From contig NC_042997.1 in assembly GCF_006345805.1 (NCBI RefSeq), positions 153,140,001 through 153,204,000 on the forward strand: DNA of 64,000 nt, given 5' to 3'. The stretch comes from Octopus sinensis (lineage: Eukaryota). The translations under genes were made by a program, and so were the position numbers. Below are positions 12,240 through 25,063 of this stretch, piece by piece; the first letter of the stretch is position 1, and each line of letters opens with the position of its first letter. The notes beneath the pieces were generated by a model. That model ran no database searches and was not told the origin of the DNA. It saw nothing but the letters and a program-made list of their open reading frames with translations.

Positions 12240-12770
12240 CATGGCTTCTGATCTTAACTGATTGGAAGTGTTATCATGTACATGTTTTCTCTTGGTATGA
12301 AAGATAGGCTACAGCAAATATTCTTCTCAATACCACAGATTTTCTCGTCAGTTGCTTGACCATAACCAGTTGAGCATGTTCCTTCGTGGTTGACGATATG
12401 TGTATCTCTGATCATGAGCAGAATTATTGGTGGATCATCATAGCTATGTGTTGAGAGGTATTCTTTGGACTTTGAATAATTCACCTCTGGAAACGTAGGT
12501 GTTGCGTTAACATTCTTAAACAACTTTTATTCAAGGACCTTTTGAGCGGGATTGGCTACTCGACCTGAAGAAAATTCTAGCTGGACCCCACCTGCAAATT
12601 CATTCGCTGTTTATCTTGATATGAAATCACCATGTCACGCCCATATGGTTGTGATGCATGTGCCTGGTGTACCTTTATCAGATGGGCAGTGATAATGGGT
12701 TTACTGAGCTTGGTATATTTTACCCCGATGTCAATTTGATGGCATACACTGCTCTCTCACTCAATAATAA
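12240..12770 (+). mobile_element. Interspersed non-coding retroposon-like repeat ending in (AAT)n
   Basis: Recognised as a common octopus repeat (atggcttctgatcttaactgattggaagtg ... ctctctcactcaataataat). No coding capacity. Confidence 0.55.
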
Positions 12771-12839
12771 TAATAATAATAATAATGATGATGATGATCG
12801 CACAACGCGATTAAAAATGACGATATTACAATGTGGTAA

Positions 12840-13310
12840 GCAATATCCATTAGGAGCTCCGAGGAAATCACGGCTTACAGAGAGCAAATACGTGGTATGA
12901 CCAAATCCCAGAAGGAGTTACTAAGAATGCAGACTACAAAATCCTGTATGATGCAATGATTCAGTGTGACTGTCAGATCAGACATTGGAAGCTTGACAGT
13001 GTTGCGGGAAGAGAAAAGAAAAAAGACACTTGCATGATAAACGACATAACATCTCGCGGTGACAAGATCTTAACATCTACAACGTTTTGATGTGGGAAAT
13101 ACGCAGTTGGTAGGAAATGAAGAGAAGGTTAATTGGCGCTCTTGGAAGTATCAGCACTCAACTATTAACATGGCTCAAAAAGATTCGTACAAATTTAAAG
13201 ATAGAACGCCTACAAAAATCATTATTACTTAGAACTGCAGAATTCTTGAAGCATTATCAGTAAACATGCTTCACGTTTGCTGCCCGTGGACAAATTTCAC
13301 TTTCCAATAA
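12840..13310 (+). mobile_element. R4/Dong-like RLE LINE 3' fragment
   Basis: QIPEGVTKNADYKILYDAMIQCD...KKDTCMINDI and IGALGSIS...LQKSLLL with frameshifts; ends in (AAT)n. Confidence 0.75.
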
Positions 13311-14309
13311 TAATAATGATAATAATAATGATGGTGATGATGATAATGATGCTTTCAAATTTTGGCACAAGGCCAGCAAGTTCGGGGAAGAGGGTAAGTC
13401 AACTACATCGGTGTATGCTGCATGATAGCTTTTATATCAAACACATTGAGAGAGCATCCTGCTTTCATCTCGTTGAATTGTATAGTTCGTTCTTTTTTTC
13501 TCATGAAGTAGAAGTACTTAGCTATTTTGTGTGTTTTATATTTTTTCAATTTAAAGCATGTGTCGAAAGAAAAAATCCAATAATTAGAATTTGTTGATTC
13601 ATATTGTAGTTATAGATAAGTGGTGGGGTTATTCCTGCTATTATTTCTGTTAATCCTATATGATTAGCTTACTGATAGTTCAAATCTTGTTTCAGTTAAA
13701 TATTCTATAGTACTACTTCTTTTCTCACCGTCATATAAATATATAAAGTATAGAAACGCAGAAATGAAACAAAAAAACGATGATATGTTTCAGTTTAGGA
13801 AACAATGCATTCAGTTACACTTAAAGGTTCTTAACAGTGAAGAAGTTCGATTGGCGTAGTTTGGCATTTATTAAGGCTGTAGCCAACGTCTGTTATGAGG
13901 TCAAATTACTCTATCGCATGTGATATCTCTTACCAATAGCAAACGGTTGTTATGGAGGGAGATGCTGGTAACGAATATTTTTGTATTTATAATTCCTGAT
14001 TTCGAATAAGGAATAAACCTCTCTTTAATATAATAGTTTCGTGACAGTCACTTGATATCTTTTGATTTCTTACATTTTTCAAGAAAATAAAATAGCTTTC
14101 TTTTTCCTGAGGGTTGGATTAAGTGTTACATATACATATTCATTAGTGTTTTTTAATATATATCATAGGGTAAAGTCTGAATCCAATTAATTAGATATTA
14201 AGCCCTCAATCTATGTTTTACGTTGAATATTACCGATGATGAGAGAATACACTGCCTTTTCTATAAATACAATGTAGGATACTACATTTTAAACGGATAT
14301 AAAACTTGA

Positions 14310-14655
14310 TTATATTGGTTGCAAGTTTTGTCACAAAGCCAGCAACATCGGGAGAGGGGCAAGTCAAATATATCGACCTCCGGGATCAACTAGTACTTAT
14401 TTTATTAACCCCAATAAAATATCGAATTTGCACCCAGAAAGTATAGAAAAAATGCCGCTAAGCATTTTGCACAGTGTGCTAACGATTCTACCAGTTCGCC
14501 GCCTTCCGCAATTTAGCAATCTCTTTTAATATAGGAGGCCTGAAATTTTGTGGGAGAAGGAAGTCGATTACTTTGACCCCCAGTACATAACTGGTACTTA
14601 TTTTATCGACCCTGCAAGGATAAAAGGAAAACTCCGCCTCGGCGGAATTTGAACA
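14310..14655 (-). mobile_element. Two adjacent S2 SINE copies
   Basis: S2 matches at ~14310-14505 and ~14520-14655 (second one truncated). Confidence 0.75.
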
Positions 14656-15132
14656 AGGCATTTTATTAATAGATGAGAATAAATGTGTGTGAGTGGTGCG
14701 TGCGGCGTGTATGTGTGTGAGTGTTCATGTGTGTCTTTGTGACAGGAGACCTCAACCGTTAAGGAGTCGTTCGAGCGTCATTGTCACATACGGCGTGTGT
14801 TGCTTATTTTTAGACTTGGCCGTGCGTCATCAGCTCTGTACACAAATGATTCTTTCTCGAAAGAGACACAAACATGCAGTTGGAAAGAAATCGGTTTCAA
14901 TATAGCACTAGTACTTTGCCTTTCATTCATTTCGGTGTCAAAAACGTAAAAGCAAAATTTTCTTTGGTGAGATTTGATCTCAGAGAGCAAGAACGCATAC
15001 GACAAAGATTTTTTTCCGACTCGCTAAAAGACTCAGCCATTTGACCACCTATATACATATGCCACTATACATGTATTTATGGTGGGGTGCGTATGTATGT
15101 GTTAAATATGAATATATTTTTGTTTGAGTGTG

Positions 15133-15206
<74 letters not shown>

Positions 15207-15675
15207 CGCACACAGACTCATGCACACACACGGAGTAAAGTGTGTTTCTGTGTGTCCACATATGCACACAAACACACACACTCTCACGTACATGACAATA
15301 TTCGATAACTGATATCAGTAAAACCATCTAAACCGACACAGCGATAACGAAGTTTCTAGTAACAATATTATTAGCATTAAAATAAATAGTTACAAAAACC
15401 GCATTTATAATGCTTCCAGCGGAGTATTGGTTTGTGTGGAGCCTGTGATGTGGTGTGGGGATTGATACGTTTTGCTAACACAGCAGCTACAAAAAGATTA
15501 GATTTTCTAATTATATAGTTTATAACGAAAATCATGGCTTTGCAAGTAATCATGACTACTATCTTGTTAGAAAACGATTCTCTCTCTTCACAGATGCAGC
15601 TGTTTTCTTTTCGTCTTTCTTTGTTTTTTTTTCTTTCGTTTTTTTTTCTTCATATTTTTTTCATATTTATTCAAG

Positions 15676-15906
15676 GCCTGACAAGAATAGTTTTAGAAAT
15701 GGAAATAATTAAAATGAACAAGGTTTCTCTGCCGGTCTGTATGTTGGTGTTGCTGGTGGCAGTGTTGCTACTTAGAATCGATGACAGGGTTTATCATGGA
15801 AATCTATCATCAAATGTATCCGACAAAGACCATGACCATTCTGCATTTTGTTAAATCCAGTACAATATCGTCCAGTATATGCTTCGTCTTTGAGTCAGTA
15901 AATCAG
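15676..15906 (+). pseudogene. Locus B, signal-peptide exon with a frameshift
   Basis: Long polypyrimidine tract and AG at 15675, donor GTAATC at 15907. MNKVSLPVCMLVLLVAVLLLRID is hydrophobic and signal-like; the second half is open only in another frame (TILHFVKSSTISSSICFVFESVNQ). Confidence 0.55.
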
Positions 15907-16386
15907 GTAATCCCAAATTGTGCGCCGTGTTCCTGGTGTGTTGTGAAATACATACAGGTGCGTGATAAACATAAGGAAAATATATTTTAAGAGAACACAA
16001 AGCGTAATTGTTAAAATAGTTTTCTCTTTTGTTCAGTCACAGTATAAAATGTAGAAAAAAATTGTTTTCATGATATTACAAAGTATGGGAAAGTATGTTT
16101 ATATGAAATACACCCAAAGAGAGAAAACAACGCCCCAAAGCATCATGACATAATTAATGCTTCACGTTTTGAATTAAAACTACCTAATAATTTTCTGTCT
16201 TCATAATATAATATATGATATGATATATGTGTGTGTGTGTATTCATATATATATATATGCATGTATGTATATGCACATATATATGTATATACACATACAT
16301 AGATATATACATATATACATATATATGCATGCGTGTATGTATGTATGTATGTATGTATGTATGTATATATGTATGTATCCAAGTAC

Positions 16387-17033
16387 AAGCAAGTTAAGCA
16401 AGTCGATATACAAAATATATTAAATACATCTAATACAAAAAAGTGGACATATGTTTACGTATGTTTACATATAAAAGGTCCCACTTACACAGAATAGAAA
16501 TGAAATCAGGAATTAAAGGGTTGAGTCCAGCAACTGTTTCTAGGGGTTAGTGGTCAAAATAATGTTTGCAAATTGATTCCATCATCGAATAATAACCGCC
16601 TCCGTCTTCAGGAAAGAATTTTATATTTGAAGTGTTGACAGAAAGATTAAAGATCTTTAATGATTGCAAATTGATTCCATCATCAGATAATACCGGCCTC
16701 CGTCATCAGGGAAGAATTTTACATCTGAGGTGTTGACAGAAAGGAGATTAAAGATCTTTAATCTCCTTTCTGTCAACACCTCAAATGTAAAATTCTTTCC
16801 TGAAGACGGAGGCGGGTATTTTCCGATAATGGGATCAATTTACAATCATCGTTTTGGACCACAAAGCCCCCCGAAATAGCTGTTGGACTCGTAAAACTCT
16901 TTTTCAACCCCTTTAATTCCTGATATCATTTCTATTCTGTGTAAGTCGGACCTTTTTATATGTAAACTTACGTACATTTTTTTTGGATTCAATGTATTTA
17001 ATACATTTTATAAACCGACTTGCCTAACTGCTT
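16387..17033. repeat. Spacerless palindrome (centre 16754/16755) with duplicated tip; head-to-head pLTRs with degenerate hammerheads
   Basis: 29-bp perfect arms at the centre, diverged arms of ~280 bp. 16576-16661 duplicates 16662-16761. TCC CTGAAGA-type core...GAAA-TAGCTG-TT-GGA at 16797-16887 with its mirror at 16525-16613. Confidence 0.85.
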
Positions 17034-18354
17034 ATCCTTACATTTACTCCTCTATCTGCTCAAGTTTAAATCTCTTGCTCACTATGAAGTGTATTTTATA
17101 CGGTTAATATCTGTCTCTTATCCTCTCTCTCTCTCTATCTCTATCTCCACACACACACCCACACCCACACACACACACATGCACACACGCACGTTTTGCA
17201 ATATATTTTTTATGCTTTTTGCACGAAAGGCATCGATATATTTGATCTACGGAGTCGGACACGCAAGCAGATTCTGTTTTTAGAGAGATTTGAGCTATTT
17301 CTAGCAGATGGGGCGAATTTAATGGTTCGCTATTATTATTGTTATCGTTATTTCTTATTTGCTATTATATTATTCCTGGAATAAAATAAATAACAAAATG
17401 AACAAAGAAAACTTTACTCGAACACACTGTTGCGTTCTAGTCAATGCTTAATGCAGTTCTGTACTTCAAACTGTAAAGAATTTTAAAATTTAACTACATT
17501 ACAGTACTCCAGGTACTAGGGTCTGAATATAGCTACAATACAGTTTCATGAAAAATTCTACAATACATTGATTTGCACTCTCGACCAGGCTAAAACTCCA
17601 TCCAAACTAAAACTCCAAGCTAAAAACAAAAAAAAAAATTGTTAATTAAATGTTTTTGGGTTTTTTTGTATTTTTTCTTTACAAATGTTTTTGATTTGCA
17701 TACTCATTTCATGGTTGGATAATATTCATAGTCGCAGCTGTTGATGACGCATGGGAATCCAACTGAAAAATTTAATGACATTTGCTTCTAACAGGGTCCT
17801 ATGGAAGAGAAAATGAGATCTCTACTCCCAAGGCCTTCCCAGGTTTAGTAGGTAGCGAAAATGTATGAATGGACGGATGGGCGGATGGATGGATGGATGG
17901 ATGGATTGGGGAAAGATATTCATTTAAAATATGATCGAAATTGACTTTACTTTCATGATCGATAAATTATGTTATTATAGGCTCGTAAAAAAAAGACATT
18001 CCGAAAAAATTAATTGTGAGTTATTTCGTTTTGGGATTTGGTTTGCAAGATACTTTATATGAGTTCGTGTGTTGAAGCATATTTTGTTGTGTCTGGGGAG
18101 AGTCATTCTCTTTTAGTGCTTTATTATTTAACACACTCACCGGTAAAATTTCCACTTATTTCTTATTTTTATTTTCTAAAATTTTCGTTGCGTCTTGCAA
18201 CCTTTTCAATAGTCTTGACTCTGTCCGTTATCTATAATTGTGAGTTGCATAGCTAAAACTTAACTACTGAAGGTTGATAGTTCTATATTAACCATTGACA
18301 GTTCAACTGCCAGGATAATATTCAGTTAAGTCGATAGTATTTTGTATCTTTCAG

Positions 18355-18717
18355 GCGCCAGCTTCCAAGCCTTTTGCAATAATAATACTGCATTATAAAG
18401 TAACAAACATTATTGTTATACTTAAGGATTATGAAATTAAAGCATAACTATTTCAATAGCTTGGAGAAAGTCTCATACGTTTATTCGAAATATTCTCACC
18501 CGAAGACACTATCTAAATTTCTCAGAAAAGAAAGCATTGATATAAAATGATTGGTTTCTGGATTGTTATTTTTCATTTTTGTTAGTTTCCGCTCAACGCT
18601 GCTGTCTTGCTTAAAGCAAACATATAACCACATTCAAAGTAGGATTTACCGATCACCTCCATAAGGCAAACATCTTCGAACTTTTCTTTAATTATCTATG
18701 CTTTTCCTATGTATTTG
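18355..18717 (+). pseudogene. Locus B, ATD-like exons (disabled)
   Basis: Acceptors at 18354 and 18585, donor GTATGT at 18718. Pieces FAIIILHYKVTNIIVILKDYE, TLSKFLRKESIDI, PLNAAVLLKA and LHKANIFELFF lie in shifting frames and parallel locus A. Confidence 0.4.
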
Positions 18718-20172
18718 GTATGTATTCCCAAGGTCAATTCCATGTTAAGTATATCTCGGTTTTAAACCATATAAATGTATTTCTTTCAAACCGATTAATT
18801 TCCATTCTTATTTTATCTACCACTAAAGACTTCACATAAATTTGTTTTTATAATCAACAATTGAAGGTTACCTGCTCCCTTTTAAAAATCTCTTCTTCAA
18901 CGTACATCTTAGCCTTTATATAAGCCTTTAGAAGCACAGTACAATAGAACCTGCGACTGGATTTTGATTGAGTTTGTAAATATTTTCCCTATATTGGCGC
19001 CATTTTAAGTCATTTTTGAACGACATTTGTGTCACATCGCCTAATCCTTCAAATGAAATCAATATCGTTGTCAGCACTTTGGATTAATAACACTCATAAG
19101 CAAAAAAAAAATTAAATGTTCAATTACGCTTTTAACATCTTATATGTGGAATAAATAAATATTCATAATTTTATTGAAATATATACTGACAATGACCAGT
19201 TAAACATGTAAGAATATATTAACATCTACTGGCTGCAATCAAACATGAAGTGGCAGTTTCCAGTTTGCAGTGATAATATAAATATTGATTTTTAACAAGA
19301 CGTCAAAGAAGAGGATGAGCGTAAACGACCAGATCGCCCCCCAGGCTTGAGTGATAGATTGTTTTATTGAACTCGGGACGATGAAAGGCAAAGACAACCT
19401 GGATAGGATTTGAAATGTGAACGTAATTTAATGCTATGAAGCGTGTTGCCGATCGCTCCACCAATTCTACGAATCCACCACCTTTGATTACATATATTAA
19501 CCAGATCAATAAGGGTGACATCTACATGACTTCACGACAAGCGTCCAATAGCCGAGAACTTACCTCAAATAACACTTCACCATCTTTAAGAAACGTGAAA
19601 GAAAGGACACACTGGACAATGTAATCCTAATATATACAAAATAGCTGGGCTAGTCACCACTGGAACGTATATGATCATAAGTCAGCTCAGTTAGCACAGA
19701 TACTGACGCATGACAACACAAAAACAAATATTAACATTTGCATAGTTGAAGTAGAACTTTCCACTTCTGCTGCAGTCAACAAATGCAGAACACACATCAT
19801 CATGTATTTAACTAATCATTTTCTCTGGTCGAAAGAGCTACCCTTCAATCTCCACACGGTGTATTTTATATTATTATCTATTTATCATCTCTATTGGCAA
19901 TACATCACAATTTTAACATGTTCATATACGTATTATATAACGTCAATGGTCCTCCAGTAACTTTTACAAAGCTATGTTTCGTCGTCTAACCTTTCCTCTT
20001 TTATTTGCCACATTTGTAAATATAGGAAGAAGAATTGTTGTTGTTGTCGCTATTGGTGATGATGATTTGTTATGTGGTATTGCTGATGTTATTGCTATTG
20101 TTGTTCTTGCTGTTTACCTTTGTGTCAACTCAACCGTTGCACATCGAATATGTTCTTCTTATAATACTGCAG

Positions 20173-21120
20173 GGTTTGATCTTATGCAGGTTTACTTGCT
20201 AAACTCTGCGCCGCAGCATGACCACAATCTAACGACCAAAACCAATAAAAGAAAATTTCAGATAGAATTCCAAATTCTGAACCACTTTACCAGATTCCTT
20301 GGGTCCGGGATTTCACTCTCACAACATCAACTGTGACTATCATCAAAATTCCCAATTGAATAATGATAAAATTGTCTAAGACAGCAATTCTATAATAACT
20401 TTTACATTATGTCAGTATTAATTAGCGTACAGTATATGAACATCAAACATCATGTAATGCATACTTAAAGCTCCATCGATCGCTTTCAATGGTCTGATAC
20501 GACGATGCGATAAAATACAGATAACGTATTTTTTTTACTGCACCCTGGAAAGATATTTGAAATGATAACTGCGTAAAAACCTTATTAGTTTTCTTTTCTT
20601 TCTAAACTTGCGTGCGTTCGTGCGTGGGATTGGCGCGAGCGTCTTCCATGAATGTATATGTGCGTGTATGTGAGTTTGTGTGTGTGTGTGCATCTGTGTG
20701 GGTGCGAGCTTAATGTGTATGTGTGTTTCCGTGCCTGTATCTGTCGATATGCGCTTGTTTATATGTGCTTCTATGTTTCTTTATCAATGTTTGTTTAAAT
20801 GATTTCGAAAATTTCCATGACAGTATCTTGGAACACAACATTCAGAGTTATTGACTGATATATCTCTATGTCTTTACTACGTTGATCAATGATATATCTT
20901 GTATGGGTGGCTTTATTGACAAGTCTTACAATGTTCACATGTTGATATGTCTAACTGGACGATCATATCACCATCTTTTACTTGGCAGACCCCATTGATC
21001 AGGCATATGTAGATATATCTTCATTATTTAGCAACAGCAATAGAGACAGTCTTCACAGACCTCTATAGAGTTCACGATCCTGCATTACCATATCAGGAAA
21101 GCTTGGGACATTCCTATTAG
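20173..21120 (+). pseudogene. Locus B, two candidate exons (20173-20336; 20989-21120)
   Basis: AG-bounded starts. The second reads LIRHM*IYLHYLATAIETVF, similar to the ATD helix yDAvxvlAxAl. Confidence 0.3.
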
Positions 21121-21406
21121 GTAGCCGAGAGAAATAACAACTCGGAACATTTTTTGTTATAAAGCGGTGTCGAGAAAAATGTACCCTACGTTTGTACTCA
21201 GCTGGTTGAGAAATAAGTGGTCTAGTCCCATAGTGTTTTACTTTATATGTGCGTCAATTAAGGCGTCTTACAAATCTGTCATGGTATATATCTCAATGTG
21301 ATGACGAATGAGTATCTAAAAACTGAAATAGGTTTAAGTGTTACTGAGCCTCCCTGTGGAAGACTCAAGAATATAAACACACTGTTTTGATATTACCGAT
21401 TAACAG

Positions 21407-21800
21407 AAAAAAATTATAGAGGGCGCGTCTTAATGGATCGTCATCTGGTTTCTTGGTTAGTCATGACTCGGCTTCCTTCCCTTATCAATAACATAAAAAT
21501 CAGCCATAACTTAGTCGAGCACTGTTGTGAGTAGCCTAAGTTTAACCGTATACGTCTTCTCTGACGAGTAGCATAGAAGGAATATATTTACATTCTTTAT
21601 ATTCATCCACAGGAAGACTATGTAATATTTAAAATTATCTCAGTTCTTCTGGTATACGTTCTGCTGTGCATACAATTGATATTGCATAAATGTCTTATTG
21701 TCTTGATATTTTTCTTGGCTTCTATGCAGACATGTTACTGGATTAATATTTTGATGTGCGGCTTCTATGTCATTTGGCGGCATTTTGAGAAAATGTTTTT
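21407..21800 (+). pseudogene. Locus B, S1-start exons (21407-21526 and 21613 onward), several nonsense codons
   Basis: Phase-1 exon LMDRHLVSWLVMTRLP with donor GTGAGT, 86-bp intron, then a phase-compatible exon containing FLGFYADML (iGluR S1 GFxiDlL) interrupted by several stops. Confidence 0.55.
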
Positions 21801-22478
21801 CTACCTTAACCTCGAAAGCTGTTCGGATGCGTGTGTGTGAATATATGTATACAGTCTATATATACACATACATATGCTCACATATATAAATACATACAAA
21901 CATGTTTTCATGTATATATTCGTATATGGCCCCAGCATGGCCACAGCTCATAGGCTGGAACTGGAATCAATCAATCAATCAATACATGAATATCTTGCAT
22001 GTATGTTTAGATGAGTATTTAGAGTGTACTGCCTACTCATTCGTAAATATTTTTTGTAAGAATTTCAAGCTTAAATACCTGAGAGTTACAAGTGGTTTCC
22101 TTTCGAGTCGGAAAGCTTCTGAAAGGTAGCTCAATACCTTACAGTGACTACCAGTCTTCATCCCGATCAGGAAAACCCAGTTTGAAGCATGTGTATCATA
22201 TATTAAAGTCCTGGAAGGGTAGACAAAGGGAAAAATATGTTTGGCGAGCACCTTCTGATGCTATGCTGACGAAATGTCACTCTAATGTGTAAAGCCGCAA
22301 ATATTATATAAATTACCACATTGAACTTTGCGTGCAGTAGCGTTACAGTAGTTGTAACTGGTCGTTAAGGATGTACTAAACTTTTATTAGTCTTCTTATT
22401 TGGATTTCACACACACATACGTATATGTGTGTGTGTGTATACAGATACATACCTATGTACACACACTCACACACACAC

Positions 22479-22511
<33 letters not shown>

Positions 22512-22662
22512 AAAGTTCAAATATAGGTTACAAACCTCATTAAGGGGTAGCAAAATCCTATGAAAGTACTGGTTAGTTATCTATACAAAGAATGCTGAAC
22601 ATTACAACTAATATTCGACTGTAAGGTAATTATATAAACCGTGGTTTTTATATATATATATA

Positions 22663-22911
22663 TACGGGATGGGTCAAAAGTAGCGCCCAGATTCTGAGTG
22701 GTTATGCCTTTCGTTGTTGTTTTGCAGGTTATTACTGACACTTTTGAAAGTTACTAAATCTGGATCACGTATTACGTTGTTGATATTCTTTGATATCCCA
22801 AATCGCTAGACAACAGTTAGGTGTCAAAAGTATCTACTAACTGGGGAATCGAAATCATCTGAATCAACTCTAAAACAGGAATTCGGGTCTACTTTTTGCT
22901 CAACCTATGTA
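22663..22911. mobile_element. Tc1/mariner-type MITE
   Basis: Imperfect TIRs tacgggatgggtcaaaagtag / ctactttttgctcaacctatgta in TA context. Confidence 0.6.
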
Positions 22912-22929
22912 TGTATGTATATGAAGATG

Positions 22930-23420
22930 ATCGGAGATACATAAAATATATAAACATGGAAGATTAGTCTATGGAAGGAATGGTGGCTAGCTCTCCTACC
23001 CTTGCATATTCAGCCGTTGGCGGCCAGCGGCTAGGAGTCGGTGGCAGAATTTCCTGTTTATTAAGGCTGCAAGTTGGTGAAGGATATGCAGTCTTTTGTA
23101 GATGCAGGACTGACAATTCCAGGTACAGGTTTAAAAGTTAAGGCACTGTCGATGATGGTCTATTCGATGTTGAGAGAGTCATTCTGGAAGTCACGAGTAT
23201 CCAGATACAGCGGGACAGGGAGTAGCATTTTCTCTATCCCTTTTTCAGAAGGTATGCATATTCTGTGTGTATCTTCCCTTAAAATCATTGGCTGTCACAC
23301 ACCTTGTGTTGTGGTCAGATTAAGCGAGGGTGAGTTTGTGAGCTACAGCTCTTGACAGGTAGGATCCTCCCAATAGTCCACTAGGAGGATTTTAGCAAGT
23401 ACAGGTTGGAGGTTGGAGAC
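22930..23420 (-). mobile_element. Decayed Penelope-like GIY-YIG C-terminal fragment
   Basis: Minus strand ...NCQSCIYKRLHILHQLAALINRK, matching the PLE C-terminal CxLCxxEKxxI...LNKRSE pattern; stops and frameshifts present. Confidence 0.5.
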
Positions 23421-23545
23421 TGCATGGATGCTAGCCATTGGCTATTTTATATGTCTGTGTGTGTGGGGGGGAGAATATGTGTGTATGTGTGTGTGCATTT
23501 GTTTAACATATGAAATTTGACCGTGTACTCTGAGTTTAGGCGTAG

Positions 23546-23945
23546 GAGTGGCAGTGTGGTAACAAGTTTGCTTTCTATTCACATGGTTCTGGTTTCAGTG
23601 CTACTGCGTGGCACCTTGATCAAGTGTCTACTACTATAGCCATGGGCCGATTAAACCCTTGTGCATAGGTCTAGTAGATGGCTACTGAAAGACGTCTATG
23701 GTACATATGTGTGTTTTCCTCGTTTGCGTATGTCTTTGTGTCCCTGTTTATCCCCCATAGCAGCTTCACAACAGGTGTTAGTGGATTTACGTTTCCATAA
23801 GTTAGCGGTTCGGCAAAAGAGTCCGATAGAAAAAGGCCCAAGCGTAAAAGAATAAAAAAGTAATGGGAGCGGTTCTTTCGGACTAAAATTCAATGTGCAG
23901 CCCCAGCATGACCGCTGTCTAATGAGTGAAACAAGTAAAGCATAA
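23546..23945 (+). mobile_element. SINE family S1, near full length
   Basis: gtgtggtaacaagtttgc...gtggcaccttgatcaagtgtc...cccagcatgaccgc...gaaacaagtaa. Confidence 0.85.
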
Positions 23946-23955
23946 ACGATTATAT

Positions 23956-24001
<46 letters not shown>

Positions 24002-24004
<3 letters not shown>

Positions 24005-24175
24005 CTAGCCACTACACATTCTTTATTTTCTCTCCTTTTTTCTTTCTGTGGAAGAGCGTAGGCTCGAAACGTTAAAGACTTTTCAGTTCCCGAGCGTTAT
24101 ACTAATATATCGGTTTGTTGTCTACACCACCTGTCTTCGTATTCTATATATATTTTTTGTGAATTCTCCTTAAAC
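24002..24175 (+). mobile_element. Solo PLE pLTR with minimal hammerhead motif (24041-24078)
   Basis: TCTTT CTGTGGA A GAGC GTAG GCTC GAAA CGTT AAAGA; same family as 36460 and 47164; flanked by (TA)n. Confidence 0.7.
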
Positions 24176-24214
24176 ATATAGATAGATAGATAGATAGATA
24201 TTGATATAGATATA

Positions 24215-24556
24215 CATTAAGAAAAATATTCGTCAGAATTTTGGAAAAAATCTTTTTATTTCTTCATTATTATTAGCGCTTTCTTTCGTTTCTCGAACTT
24301 GTCAAATTAAATTTTGTGAATGTACAAACTGCTTGTTCATTTATATAAAACAGATGTTTTTTGGGTGGGGGTTGTTTAAAAGAAGAGAACAGATTTTGTT
24401 TTGTTTCTTTGGGGGGGTGAGGTTCCATGACAATGGAGATAGAAATTTTGGTTAGGTAAATAGGCTGATAGAGAGAGAGAGTGAAGGAGATCCCTTCTCT
24501 CTCACCCTCTCTCTACCTATTTATCTATTTGTCTTACTATCTACCTATCTATCCAT

Positions 24557-24588
<32 letters not shown>

Positions 24589-24845
24589 TAGCCTATCTAC
24601 CTACCTATATTTCTATCTATCTATCTCCATTGTCATAGAACATCACCCGAAAAAAACAAAAATAATGTTCTCTTCTTCTAAACAACCTCCACCCCCACCC
24701 AATATCTTTTTTATATAAATGAACAAGCTGTTTGTACATTCACAAGATTTTATTTGACAAGTTCAAGTAACGAACGAAAGCGCTATAAATAATGAAGGAA
24801 TAAAAAGATCTTTTTCCAAAATTCTGACGACATTTTTTCTCAATA
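24215..24845. mobile_element. Foldback/MITE with ~270-bp diverged inverted arms
   Basis: aagaaaaatattcgtcagaattttggaaaa... is mirrored by ...ttttccaaaattctgacgacattttttctc; the right arm carries a (CTAT)n expansion. Confidence 0.8.
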
Positions 24846-24908
24846 TTCATTTACTGTTTACCACACCTAACACTATATACATGTGTGTGTATGTGTGTAT
24901 GTTCGTTC

Positions 24909-24951
<43 letters not shown>

Positions 24952-25063
24952 TTGTTGAGGTCATCTCTACAGATTAGAAGTTATAGCCAACGCTCACTTT
25001 GTTACAGCGTTTCCTATCCACGACACCTAATGTAAACAACGAGATCGAAGATGAAAAATGGGT

